64,000 nucleotides of DNA from positions 65,644,052-65,708,051 of the forward strand of contig NC_068991.1 of the NCBI RefSeq assembly GCF_001194135.2, in the 5' to 3' direction. The notes under the pieces are model-generated. The model ran no database searches, was not told the origin of the DNA, and saw only the letters and a list, made by a program, of their open reading frames with translations. Shown here in pieces: positions 14,407 to 26,560 of the stretch. The stretch is from Octopus bimaculoides. Taxonomy: Eukaryota. Numbering within the stretch: the first letter of the stretch is position 1; each line of letters starts with the position of its first letter. A program made the position numbers and the translations under genes.

Positions 14407-14744
14407 CTGGATTAAGAGAAGAGAGAGATAGAGAGAGAAAATTTTAAAATGATATAGATTAACCTTTTTGACAATAACTTACCTGAAACCATTTTTGCTT
14501 CTACGATACAAAACCAATTAATGTAGAGGGTTCATATTTAAATTTAATTCTTCCAATATAATTATAACTATGAATCTTTTAAGTTATGTTCTAAACATTC
14601 ATTTTAAATAGTGAAAAAGCCTGTTGTTTTAGTAATCCTTCAAAATTCTAGATCACTTAAAAAATTTATTTAAACACATAAATGGAGTATTTTGTAAGAA
14701 ATATGGCTATGAAAAGGTTATTAGTGAAAAGAGGCAGACAAAAA

Positions 14745-14980
14745 TAATAATAATAATAATCATAATGGTTTCAAATTTTGGCACAAAGTCAGCAGTTTTA
14801 AGGAAGAGAATAAATCAATTATGTTGACCCCAATGCTCAGCTGGTAATTATTTTATTGAACCTGAAAGGATGAAAACCAAAGCTGACTTTGGAAGAATTT
14901 GAACGCAGAACATAAAGAACCAGAAGAAATGATGCTAAGTATTTTGTCCAACACTGTAGCAATTCTACCAGCTTGTTACT
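14745..14980 (-). mobile_element. SINE family B copy in Rab4 intron
   Basis: ggtttcaaattttggcacaaag...gaaaggatgaaaaccaaagctgac..., preceded by (AAT)n. Confidence 0.8.
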
Positions 14981-15591
14981 TTACAAACAAACAAAAACAA
15001 TGTAAACAGACTGAAGGAAGAGAATAAAAATATGGACAAAACAGACTGAGAAAGATATAACGTAGCTAAGATCATTCTTAACCAACTCTCTACCTCACTG
15101 AGCTGAGTTAGTTATTAATCAACTCTGTTTTTATTCTAAAATCTTTTAGTGAGGACAGAAGGCAGTATCCATTATTTCTTTACAGGACTTGCAAGACAGA
15201 CAGGTGAGGGGTGATAGAGTCTGATGCAAAACGATGAAAACTAAAGACAGACTTTTGGAGGTGTTCAAGCAAGTGAACACACAACTCCTCAAAATCATTT
15301 TAGTTAGTGTGCATGTAGAAGGTCATCATCTTTATTGGAACACGTACAAGCACAAGTCTAACTTGGAAGCTTGGAAGAATGTGTGCATGTATTTATTTCC
15401 CCTTCTTTTAGGAAGAATCTGAAGTATTGGTGATAAACAGTTTTGCTAAACAAACCACCCAGGTGACAGTTCTATTGGTTATATCAATAAAATGTTCAAA
15501 TGTGCTAATCTTCATTCATTCATTCATTGTATGTTTGTCAGTTGCAAGTAAGTGAACATGTGCATGCTAGCAAATGAATGTGCGTGTGTGC

Positions 15592-16443
15592 AAGCTAGAG
15601 TGCGTGTGAGTGTGCTTTGAGAGAAAAGTTGGACATAAGAAGCATCAGATGTGGTGTGCAAGAGAGACGACTGCGCTGGTGTGGTCATGTGTTGCATATG
15701 GATGAGGACAGCTGTGTGAAAAGCAGTAGAGGGAACCTGTGGAAGAGGTCGACTCAGGAAGACCTGGGATGAGGTGGTGAAGCATAACCTTCGAATGCTG
15801 GGCCTCACCCAGGCGATGACAAGTAACCAAGACCTTTGGAGATATGCTGTGCTTGAGAAGACCCGGCAAGTCAAGTGAGACCATAACCGTGGCCTATGCC
15901 AGTGCAGCATAACCAGACCATTTAAGAGTACCCTTCAATCATTGGGCAATAAACTGCGCTTGCAAAGACCTGTTGAGTCCAGTGAAGTCATTGTTGTGGC
16001 CAATGACAGTACCGCCTGATTGGCACCCATGCTGGTGGCACCATTCGAGCATGGTTGATGCCAGTGCTGCCTGACTGTGCCGGCGGCATATAAAAAGCAC
16101 AATTCAAGTGTGATTGTTGCCAGTGCCGCCTGACTAGATCCTGTGCCGGTGGCACATAAAAAGCACAATTTGAGCGTGATCATTGCCAGTGCTGCCTGAC
16201 TGGCCCCCGTGCTGGTGGCACATAAAAAGCACTACTCAAGCATGGCTGATGCCAGTACCGCCTGACTGGCCCTCATGCCAGTGGAACGTAAAAAGCACCC
16301 AATACACTCTCATAGTGGTTGGCGTTAGGAAGGGCATCCAGCTGTAGAAACCATACCAAGTCAGACTGGTACCTGGTGCAGCTCCCCAGCTTACCAGTTT
16401 TCAGTCAAACCAGCCAACCCATGCCAGTATGATGATGATGATG

Positions 16444-16445
<2 letters not shown>
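15592..16445 (+). mobile_element. 5'-truncated RTE-clade LINE: ORF2 C-terminus, 3' UTR and (GAT)n tail, antisense in the last Rab4 intron
   Basis: LREKLDIRSIRCGVQERRLRWCGHVLHMDEDSCVK, then after a frameshift AVEGTCGRGRLRKTWDEVVKHNLRMLGLTQAMTSNQDLWRYAVLEKTRQVK*. This is the classic RTE RLRW.GHV...GR.RKTW...DR..WR pattern. Confidence 0.9.
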
Positions 16446-16480
<35 letters not shown>

Positions 16481-16505
16481 GTTATAGATTAAGCAATGCC
16501 TTTAC

Positions 16506-16601
16506 CTGATTCAATTTTAGTAAGTATTGACCGTGCACACTTCAAAAATGTCTCTTCCACATTCTCTCCAGTCAAAGCACTTGTTTCCAAAAACATCAAC
16601 T
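16506..16601 (-). CDS. RAB4: Rab4 coding exon (96 nt): [32 protein letters not shown](G)
   Basis: Acceptor ctttttcag, donor gtaaag; ETSA (G5). Confidence 0.97.
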
Positions 16602-17109
16602 CTGAAAAAGAGAATCAAGTCCCAATATTAGTAAAGCCGAAAGCAGAGGCTGAAGCTTTTATAGCTGCAGTGATGACATAACAGAAACCATATGAATTAA
16701 TTTTACATGTGAATACATCTTTCTATCTTTGATCTATAATAATTTGAGAGATAACTCTTTGGAAGAAAGTGTGGGTTTTAGAACCAAAACTATTTTTAGT
16801 TGGGATTAAAAGCATGGTTGATCTCTCAGTCATTAGATATCCTGTTTTTAGCATGTTTTGCCATGTGGCCACAGCCTGAGGATTGCGCAAAGACACCAGA
16901 CTATTTAAAAAGGCTGCCTGAACTGTTTACATCGCATGAAACTAATAAGTAACTCATGAAAATATATATTATGTTTATTAGTGTGTGTATTTGAGACACT
17001 GTTCGGAATATACCATCTGGTAAAATAGATTTGACAAATATATGAAGAAAATTATGCAACATTATAAAGCATAGGAATTCATTATTTCAATATCCTGAAT
17101 ATAAATTAC

Positions 17110-17315
17110 TTGCCTGACTGGCCTTTGTGCCAGTGGCACATAAAAGCACCCACTACACTCTCTGAGTGGTTGGCGTTAGGAAGGGCATCCAGCTGTAGAA
17201 ACTCTGCCAAATTAGATTGGAGCCTGGTGTAGCCATCTGGTTTCACCAGTCCTCAGTCAAATCGTCCAACCCATGCTAGCATGGAAAGCGGACGTTAAAC
17301 GATGATGATGATGAT
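17110..17315 (+). mobile_element. Short element identical in type to the RTE 3' tail, ending (GAT)n
   Basis: gtgccagtggcacataaaagcacc...ttaggaagggcatccagctgtagaaac...ggaaagcggacgttaaacgatgatgat. Similar copies at about 20955-21205(+), 31212-31307(+), 36296-36490(-), 46790-47025(+) and 47393-47575(-). Confidence 0.88.
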
Positions 17316-17756
17316 CTTATTCAAAATGGATGATGGATGATTATAAACACCTTTCATTTAAAATTCCATCAATTTTCACAGCAGAAAACAGTTTTATATA
17401 CCGACCTATCTTTTGTTGAGGAAAGTCATGTTTGAAATTATATTTTGTTGAGGTATATCAAGTTTATCATGGCAACAAAACCTGCAGAAAATGTGTATAT
17501 ATGTATACATATAGAAAGGTCCAACTTACACAGACTACACACCTTTAATTCTCTATATTATTTGTACTCTGTATAAGTTGGAACTTTTTATATGCATACA
17601 TATATATACACATTTTGTATTTCACGTGTCTAATATACTTTATATATTGTTGATCTGTCTAATTTGCTTATCCCTACATTTGCTTCTACACCTGCTCAAG
17701 TTCTAATATTTTGACAAAACTACTACTATATGGAGAACATCTGAATCTCATTTATG

Positions 17757-17799
<43 letters not shown>

Positions 17800-17864
17800 A
17801 AAAGCAAAATTTCATTAAACAATCAAGGTTTCATCTATGGATAGAACAAAGAGGGAAACATTAC

Positions 17865-18019
17865 CATTCTCTTGTGCAAAGCGGCTAGCTTCCAAGAATG
17901 TTACTTCACGATCAGCTTCCAAATCTTTTTTGTTGCCCACCAATATGATGACAATGTTCGGACTAGCAAGTGTGCGGGCGTCTGTTAACCAGTTAGTTAG
18001 AGCGTTGTATGTTTCTCGA
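17865..18019 (-). CDS. RAB4: Rab4 coding exon (155 nt): [51 protein letters not shown]
   Basis: Lies inside ORF 17815..18042; acceptor tatttcag, donor gtaatg; GNKKD (G4). Confidence 0.98.
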
Positions 18020-18356
18020 CTGAAATATAAGAGAGACAGCACTTAAGGATGAGGTTTTCAGTTTAATAAACATGGCTGTGGAAGAAGGGAAGATAATATA
18101 GTCTTAGATAAGTTATGTTTAATTAAAATACAGGATGGTCATAGTTTGAACAACTTTGAGAATATGTTTACTGAATTACAGCTGACCTGGGCACAGTGAT
18201 GAATATTATTATCACTACCAACTTGTTAGAAATAGCAGCCAAGTCCCCATCAAATCACACCTACTGTCTTAAAAAGAGAATGACACATTGGTTATTGTGA
18301 TCATGGGAAGGTCATAGCTAGAACACTTTTTCTAATAGGTTTGCATTGGTCTAAGC

Positions 18357-18544
18357 CAGAGGCTCTGTAACCAGTACGCTGTGGCACACTTGATGTGCCA
18401 CAAGATGAGGCTAGGTGTGCCACAGTGTAACTCGAATATAATTTTTTTCCTTATACTTTTAGTTATATCTTTAGTTCAGGTGTGCTGCCAAATTTTGTAA
18501 AGAATGTAAGTGTACCGCAAGTGAGAAAAGGTTGCAAAGCACTG
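18357..18544. mobile_element. hAT (Charlie-type) MITE
   Basis: Imperfect TIRs cagaggctctgtaacc / ggttgcaaagcactg; 8-bp TSD gtctaagc (18349-56) / ctctaagc (18545-52). Confidence 0.7.
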
Positions 18545-18834
18545 CTCTAAGCAACAACAGCAAGAACCAAGATTCTTATTAACATCACCATCATCATCAT
18601 CATGATTGTTTTAATGTCCATTTTTCTGTGCTCAAATGGGTCAGATGGAATTTGCTGAGGTGAATTTTCTACGGTTCGATATACTTCCTCTTGCCAAAAC
18701 TTGCCAGTTCCCAGGAAGGGAAATGCTTCCCTATGACCAGACATTGTTTTTATGAAAGTTTGGAAGTGAAGGACACCACTTATATGACAGTGACACTTAT
18801 TTACAACTATCACATGAAGTCCAGGCAAAGAGAC

Positions 18835-19005
18835 AATAACACACACACATACACGAACAGGCTTCTTTCAGTTTCCTTTTGTCAAATCCACTCACAAGAC
18901 TGGTTGGCCTGGGACTATAATAAAAGACACCTGCCCATGGTGGCACACAGTGGAAGTGAACCCAGAAGCATGTGGTTGTAAAGCAAACATTTTACCAAAC
19001 AGCCA
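18835..19005 (-). mobile_element. SINE family A head half in Rab4 intron
   Basis: aggcttctttcagtttcc...caaatccactcacaag...catgtggttgtaaagcaaac. Confidence 0.75.
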
Positions 19006-19360
19006 GTTCTGCACCAAAATCTCCCATAAATTATACCCTAACACCTTGCCGTCTCATTGTAGTCCTAGACATATAGGCCTGAAAAGAAAGAAAAAATGTC
19101 CACAGCCAGAATACTTTTGATGTTAGGTCTGCTTAATCAGGACTGACTTTCAGCTTACTACCACCATTAAAAAGTTTCATTTATCAAACAGTACCCAAGT
19201 CCTTCCTAAATTCAATGACCAACACTACTGATTACTTCAACATCATCTACACCTGTGTTAAAAGCAAGTGAGATTTATAACATGTAATACAATCATTGTG
19301 AACTTACTTCACCACAAAAGAGAAAAAAGCAGTAATGAAGTAACAACTACCATATTTATG

Positions 19361-19620
19361 GGTGAAGGCATGTGGCCTAGGAGTTAAGAGTGCTGCACTT
19401 ATGAACACAAGATCATAGTTTTGATTCCTGGACTGAGCAGTGCATTGCCTTCGTGAGCAAAACACTTCATTTCAGATTTCTCCAGTCCACTCAGTTGTAA
19501 ATGAGTAACCCTGCGACTGACTAGCGTTCCCTCCAGGGGAATGTTGTGATCTCAGTCACTTATATGCCAGGGAAATTGAGTAACTGACCCTATGAGTCCT
19601 GGCACTAGAAACAATACTTT
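19361..19620 (+). mobile_element. tRNA-derived SINE, further family (D)
   Basis: A-box-like tgtggcctaggagtt and decayed B-box ttttgattcc, then gagcaaaacacttcatttc...gtaaatgagtaaccctgcgactgactagcgttccctccagggg. Confidence 0.6.
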
Positions 19621-19624
19621 TACT

Positions 19625-19922
19625 TACATTATTTACATTCGACGGATATTTGTCCTCATCTTGTTTGTTGTTAACATGTTTCAGCTGATATACCCTCCAG
19701 CCTTCTTCAGGTGTCTTGGGGAAATTTCGAACCTGGGTTCTCATTCCTAAGGTATCGAAAAAAATACCTTAGGAATGAGAACCCAGTTTGAAATTTCCCC
19801 AAGACACCTGAAGAAGGCTGGAGGGTATATCAGCCGAAACGTTGTGTTAACAACAAACAAGATGAGGACAGATATCCGTTGAATGTAAATAATGTACAGA
19901 ATTCCTCATCTCTTAAATATAG
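19625..19922. mobile_element. Palindromic Penelope-like-derived insertion with hammerhead motif
   Basis: Arms 19625-19755 and 19764-19896 are reverse complements (about 4 substitutions, 2 small indels, 8-nt loop). A 15-bp direct repeat aacaatacttttact flanks it at 19610-24 and 19923-37. Confidence 0.8.
19803..19848 (+). ncRNA. Minimal type I hammerhead ribozyme motif (PLE-like)
   Basis: gacac-CTGAAGA-a-ggctg-(gagggtatat)-cagcc-GAAA-cg-T-T-gtgtt. Stem I gacac/gtgtt, stem II 5 bp, palindromic ACGT stem III. Confidence 0.75.
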
Positions 19923-20026
19923 AACAATACTTTTACTACTTGCCATATTTATGAGGATGTAATGAAAACAAAAGGTGATAGAGGAACAAGTGTTTGGCCA
20001 CAAGACTGGCAAAAGGATGCATCCTA

Positions 20027-20140
<114 letters not shown>

Positions 20141-20499
20141 TCAACAGATGATTAGACATCAAGAGAATTATATTAAATTTATTTTGGCTGATCCAGTGGT
20201 CTGTTTCCTCTGGAATTTACCCAATATCTAGCTGGTACAACTGGCAAGATAAAGTAGATGAGGGTAAAAAAGAAAAGAAAGACTATTTTCTGTAATGGTA
20301 GACAAATGTTAGTATACAAATGGTTGGATGATTGGACACCAGGTAGATGATTGGAAGTACTGCTACCCTCACAAGCTTGGTAGTAATGTTTGTCACTGCA
20401 TCCAACCTGGTACTTTCATTAAAAGCTGTCCATTTTATATGGGGAAATGGTAAAGCCAGGAATTAGTGAAGCATTTAATATCTTCAGACAATTCAACTG

Positions 20500-20940
20500 T
20501 ACTACATTCATCTTCACCATCTACTATTTCTGGGTCACGGGTGGGTAAAACCCTCCAAGTACCTCCTCCACTGGACCCTATCAGAAACAACCATCATCAC
20601 TGTTTTCCTGTTGGATTCCCAAGTATGGCTAACTGAGGCTAAGGATATTATCCAACCATATTGCTCTTGGTCTATCCCCAGTCCTCCTGCTGGTTGGCTC
20701 AGGTTGAAGAATCTGTTTTGTGATCCTTTGGCACAATGCCCATAGTACCAGAGCTGTAACTTATCAATGTACTACATTTAGTTGTAATATAAACTACTTT
20801 TCATATCCTTGGAACATGAACTGTTGGACATCAGCTAATAACATTGCTTTGCCATATCATAATCTGTGACACCAATACTTTTATGTATGCCTTAGTTTCA
20901 TCTTGGTTTGTGTTCCCTATTTTATTTTATCCTTAGTCCA
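20500..20940 (-). mobile_element. RTE-clade LINE ORF2 C-terminal remnant
   Basis: Minus strand: LWYYGHCA...EPTSRRTGDRPRAIWLDNILSLS...SDRVQWRRYL. Confidence 0.55.
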
Positions 20941-21823
20941 CAGAGTAAAGTGGTTGGCATTTGGAAGGGCATCCAGTTGTAGAAACCTTGCCAAAACTGA
21001 CCTCACCTGTGCTTGTGCCACATTAAAAGCACTCAGTCCACTCTGCTAGGTGGTTGGTGTTAGGAAGGGCATCCAGCTGTAAAAACCCTGCCAAAACAGA
21101 TACGGAAGTCTGGTACAGTCTTATACCTGGCCAGCTCCGGTCAAACCATCCAACCCATGCCAGCATGGAAGGCAGATGCAAAAGGATAACGATAATGATG
21201 ATGTCATATCTGGTTTGGATTTGTCAAGATCAACCTAAACTTCTATAATGTTGTGGTCAGTGAGAAATCTCAAACTACTTAGATCTTACATTATGGTCGC
21301 AATATGTGCACTACCACTACTACACATAAAGTGGACAACAATTTCTTGCTGTTTTACAAACAAATTTCAGAAATTTACTCAATATATATATGAAACTTGG
21401 CAACATGACTTGATTTCAGTTCCCAGTTAGAGCTGTTTTACATCTATCTCTGAAACCCTTTGTAAAATGACATAATTTTTTATTGGTCAGAAAGTGACCA
21501 ATATTTTTCTAACCCGAAAACGGCTTGATTCTTTTTAACCTTCCTCAATTTGATCAGTCCAGAAACAATCCCTCAGAATTTAGACTACAAAACCTAGTTG
21601 TCCACAGTAAAATGTCTCATCTTCATAAGCAAATCTTTTTCTATATAAAACATTCAGTAGCATTTGTTGTCATCCTCACAAGCCAAATCATCAATTCAGT
21701 TTTAACTCCTGATTCAAATCCTTTCATTTCACTTACCTCATTAATACTAATACATTAGTCAATCCTTTCCAGTTAGCTTGATTTAATAGAGTGAAACTCA
21801 AATCAACTAATCTCTGTTACTTA

Positions 21824-21994
<171 letters not shown>

Positions 21995-22945
21995 TTATAT
22001 CCAAGAAGATATTACATTATACAAGTTAAGAAAAACAGAGTAGAAATATCTACAAATTTATCACTGACAAAAAAAGTATAAACATCAGCAATTTAACAAC
22101 ATTAATATTGATGGAGAAAAAAAAAAGAATTATTTAAAAATATTCTTATAATGATTTCTAATAAGTCACAAGGCTACAAAGTATGACTGATTAAATTGAC
22201 TCATGTACTTAACTGTTATTTATTTTAACTTGTCCAGGAAGCATGAATGGCAAATCCACCCTAGTTATGATTTGAACTCAAAATATTCTAATAGGATTAG
22301 TTACATCTCTTCTATTTCATCTTTTTCATGTTTCAGTCCTTAAAAGGTTTAATCAAATCAACCACAGTATTTATTTAACTTTGATACTTACTCTATTGGT
22401 ATCTTTTGCTGAACTGCTCAGTTACGGAGACAAAGAAACCTATACTGGTTGTCAAGTTGTGGAGGGGAACAAACACATGCACACACACAATATATGACAG
22501 GCTTCCACATAGTTTCTGTCTACCAGATTCATTCACAAAGCATTGATCAGTCACTGAAGAAGTCACAGAATGTCTGACAAAAGAACTTTGATGTAATCGG
22601 CTAGTCCCCCTCCCCTCAAATTTCAGGCCTTGTGCCTTCAGTAGAAAGGATTATTATTAATATTTTCAGTTTCCCTGTCAAAGTTCTTTTGTCGGACATT
22701 CTGTGACTTCTTCAGTGACTTTCTGTCTCGTGTCTTATCTTGCTTATTCCATGTTGTCTTCCTGCAGTACGTATCTCTATCTGCATGTATTTGTGTCTGT
22801 ATATGTGTGTATATTTGTATCTGTATGTGTGTGCGTATGTGTCTTGTATGCGTGTAAATGGGTTTGTGAGCACGGCCCCCTCTGGTACTCAATAGGGTCC
22901 ATGTATTCACAACAAAGAAGTTTCCTGTATTCTTTCATCTATATA

Positions 22946-23067
22946 GGCGTAGGAGTGGCTGCGTGGCACTTTAGGCAAGTGTCTTCTACTATAGCCTCGG
23001 GCTGACCAAAGCCTTGTGAGTGGATTTGGTAGACGGAAACTGAAAGAATCCTGTTGTATATATGTGT

Positions 23068-23103
<36 letters not shown>

Positions 23104-23320
23104 ATGTGTGTATGTGTTTGTGTTTGTCCCCCCAACATCGCTTGACAACCGGTGCTGGTGTGTTTACGTCCTCGTAACTTAGCGGTTCGGCAAAGGAAAC
23201 CAATAGAATAAGTACTAGGCTTCCAAAGAATAAGTCCTGGGGACGATTTGCTCGACTAAAGGCAGTGCTCCAGCATGGCCACAGTCAAAAGACTGAAACA
23301 AGTAAAAGAGTAAAAGAGTT
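22946..23320 (+). mobile_element. SINE family A, plus orientation, with an internal deletion in the tRNA head
   Basis: aggagtggctgcgtggcactttaggcaagtgtcttctactatagcc...(TA)n...gactgaaacaagtaaaagagtaaaagag. Confidence 0.9.
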
Positions 23321-24209
23321 TATCTCTATAATTTTTAGTATTTGCAATAGTTCTTACCCAACTTACACATGTTCATATTTGCGTTCTTACCTTTCTGTGT
23401 CCAATAATTTCCATATAGTAAGCCATTGTATAATAAGTTCATATAGTATATGATCGTGGTCAGCCTCTGAATGTTTATTTATATAATCATCCTTGTTTAA
23501 ATTTATCTGATAAAAGTTCTAAAAGGAGACTGTCTTTCATTTACTCATCAGTTTTGATGACCAACATATATATCTTCAAACAAGTTGAGTAAACTTATAA
23601 AAATTTTGGTCACTAGATCAGCGAGATACACACCAATCTTGCTTAAAAGAATCTTGCATACAAAAGCAAATGCAATAACTATGCTGTCTTGGACTTGTAT
23701 TATACAGATAAGTGAAATCCAATCTAGCTATATTCTCTTCTATTCTAGGCTAAATAAATAAAAGCATCCTTTTATTTGAACATCTTGGAATGATTTCTCC
23801 ATGACACTGTGAGCAACTTGTTTAAAATTTGAGATTTACTTAAATTTAATTGAAGTTAGTCTCAGATTAGGTTCTTTTTCTTTTCTATAACTCAAACATT
23901 TTTACATATGTGGTGAATTGCTTGTTGAACAAAAGAGTATGCACTATAGAGCGAACTCCATGTCCCCACCAACACCTCTAAATTACATACATCTGAGAAG
24001 AGAAGCTGGGAGCATTACTGAATGTGCCAGCAACCAATCATATGTCATTAAAGATTGAAGCCAGTTCACTCTTCTGAAGATGAAGGTCTAATTGGGACCT
24101 GGTCAACTATCGAAACAAAAAATTTTCATTCATACCTAATTGAGAAACATGTTCTGTAATGAATTATCATATGCATGGTAAACAGCAAGATTCAAAACCT
24201 ACTTTTTTC

Positions 24210-24490
24210 TTTTTATTTGTCCCAGTCATAGACTCTGCCCTTGCTGGGACATCGCCTTTGCTAAGTTACAGGGATGTAAACACACAAACACTGGTTGTTA
24301 AACAGTGGTGAAACACACAAACACACACACACACAATGGGCTTCTTTCAGTTTCTGTCTGTCAGATACACTCACAAGGCTTTGGTTAGCAGGAGGTTATT
24401 GTAGAAGGCACTTGCCCGAGGTGCTACACAGTGGGACTGAACCTGGCACCATGTAGTTGGAAAGCAAACTTCTTACTGCATACCCATACC
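24210..24490 (-). mobile_element. SINE family A, diverged
   Basis: Same blocks as the other family A copies; a further old copy lies at about 22330-22548. Confidence 0.75.
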
Positions 24491-25550
24491 TACATTTATT
24501 CTTAATATGTTCTGGCAGATTTGAACATGAATATGCTAATCACTATTGTATTTCGTCACCAGCTTCTCTTTTACAACAATGCATGGCAGACAGTAAAATT
24601 CAAAACAATGCCTGGCATATTTATTTTTAATAAGCATTCTGATAAGAACTGTTGTAAATCAGTTGGATTGGTGACAGCATTGTTCAGTACATCACATTTT
24701 TTTGTGCTATTTCTCTCAAAGCAGACAGTGGCTTAAATAGTTTGGATTATGTCAGTTAAATACCTGTTAACAACTGACAGAGACTGAAGAATATTTAGTT
24801 AAAAAATACATAAAAATATAGCAAGAGAATGCAATACTTGTGGTAGAGTACACACAGTAAACACAATTCAGATGTCACCTGTCTGTAGAACCAGTAGTGC
24901 CATCTGTACCATAAATTAGCAGATAAATAAGGTTTGGTAACTGAGTAGTTTGGTAGCATCAATTTTTGAATTTAAAAATGTGTAGAATAAAAGCCAGTTT
25001 CCTGCATTAAAAACAGCCACTGCCAAAAGTGGTTTTGAGTCCAAATGGTGATACAAAAATGTGTCTAACTCAACTATTTCCACATTCATATACAGACAAT
25101 TTACATCTCCATCTTTGTCTTAACTGAAGAATATTTCTGCTTAAGAGTTGAATAAAAATCAACCAAGCGATTGGACATGAAACTTGCTGAATATTGGAAA
25201 AACAAAAGAAAAGTTGAGACATCATTTTACACATGTACAGTGAACATGTAACTATTCACCATATACACATAAATGCTCACTACCAAAGAGGTACTTACAA
25301 GATAAATAGTCAAAACTAAGTCTGTATTGTAAAGAGATATTGTAATAACATGGTTGCATGTCATCTCTTTACTACATGTTTTTAAGTACTACAGTGTAGT
25401 AAACATGTGGTACTATAGCATAGCAAGCTCATAGTGCCACAACATGAAAGATTTGTGATTCTACAGAGCAAACTCATGACGCTGTATGACTACTGATTCA
25501 TATTATAATAGACTTATGATACAACACAGCCAGGACACAATATAAGTAAT

Positions 25551-25764
25551 CTTTTCTACTCTAGGTACAAGACCTGAAATTNNNNNNNNNNNNNNNNNNN
25601 NNNNNNNNNNNNNNNNNNNNNNNNNNNNNNNNNNNNNNNNNNNNNNNNNNNNNNNNNNNNNNNNNNNNNNNNNNNNNNNNNNNNNNNNNNNNNNNNNNNN
25701 NNNNNNNNNNNNNNNNCTAAGCATTTCGCCCGGCGTGCTAATGTTTCTGCCAGCTCGCCGCCTT
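25551..25764 (-). mobile_element. Young SINE family B insertion (centre in N-gap)
   Basis: Exact 19-bp TSD aggacacaatataagtaat at 25532-50 and 25765-83; CpG-intact head ctaagcatttcgcccggcgtgctaatgtttctgccagctcgccgcctt. Confidence 0.88.
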
Positions 25765-25899
25765 AGGACACAATATAAGTAATGAGAAGAGGATAAATGA
25801 AGGGGTCAAGAGTGTGTAAGGGAAGATGGTCAGGGGCCAGCTAGCTCTGAGGAACAGAGACCATTACAGCTGTCTGAAAAAGTAGAGAGAGGAGAGAGA

Positions 25900-26560
25900 G
25901 CATGCCTGTCGGTTAGGGATTAGAATGTTTGTGAGGCGGAGTGTTCTGCATATGTGTGATGTCTCTCACCACACTTCCAATTCACATATGCCTTACCAAT
26001 TTCATGAATTATTCCCTATCCCCCTTGAGATCAAAGCAGCCCAACAGTACAATAGAAGGTGGTCTGAGTCTTGTGAGGGACACCTGAGATGCTGGGCATA
26101 TAGAGGATTCGTGATATCCATCCACCTCAATGCAGGTTAGCTGCTGTTCTACCTCAGCCTGTTTGCATATGTTCATCACCTTCTGTGGACATATGCAACA
26201 AGTGGTACTGTAGTTCAGTGGCTGAAGGTACCTCAATAAGAGGCAAAGGAAGATCCAATGATGCTGAACCTGCAGAAGGAAAGTGAGGGAAAAACTAAGA
26301 ATGATTCAAACCCAGTTTTAGGAAGAGGACATCAGTAGTATTTCCAGACCCATGCTGGTCAAAGAAACAGGTTTGTGCGTGATTTCATGTCAATTAGGTG
26401 ATACCCTTCTTCCAGTGCAGTCTAAGATGCCTGTATGTATAGCAGCAGCAACTCGAATGTAGGAACAGTACACCATTGTGGCTATCACTAAAGCTTTGTA
26501 GACAGTTTGTAATTATTAAGGGCTGGTGTTGTATCTCAATACAGGGTTACACGACAAAGT
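25900..26560 (-). mobile_element. CR1/Jockey-like LINE ORF2 C-terminal remnant
   Basis: Minus strand TVYKALVIATMVYCSYI..AAA.H..ILD resembles the LYKA.IRP.LEYCS.IW motif; heavily decayed. Confidence 0.45.

Noticed and set aside
16000-16310. CRISPR-like array
   Set aside because: Units are contiguous and mutually homologous with no unique spacers, inside a eukaryotic LINE 3' UTR; there are no cas genes.
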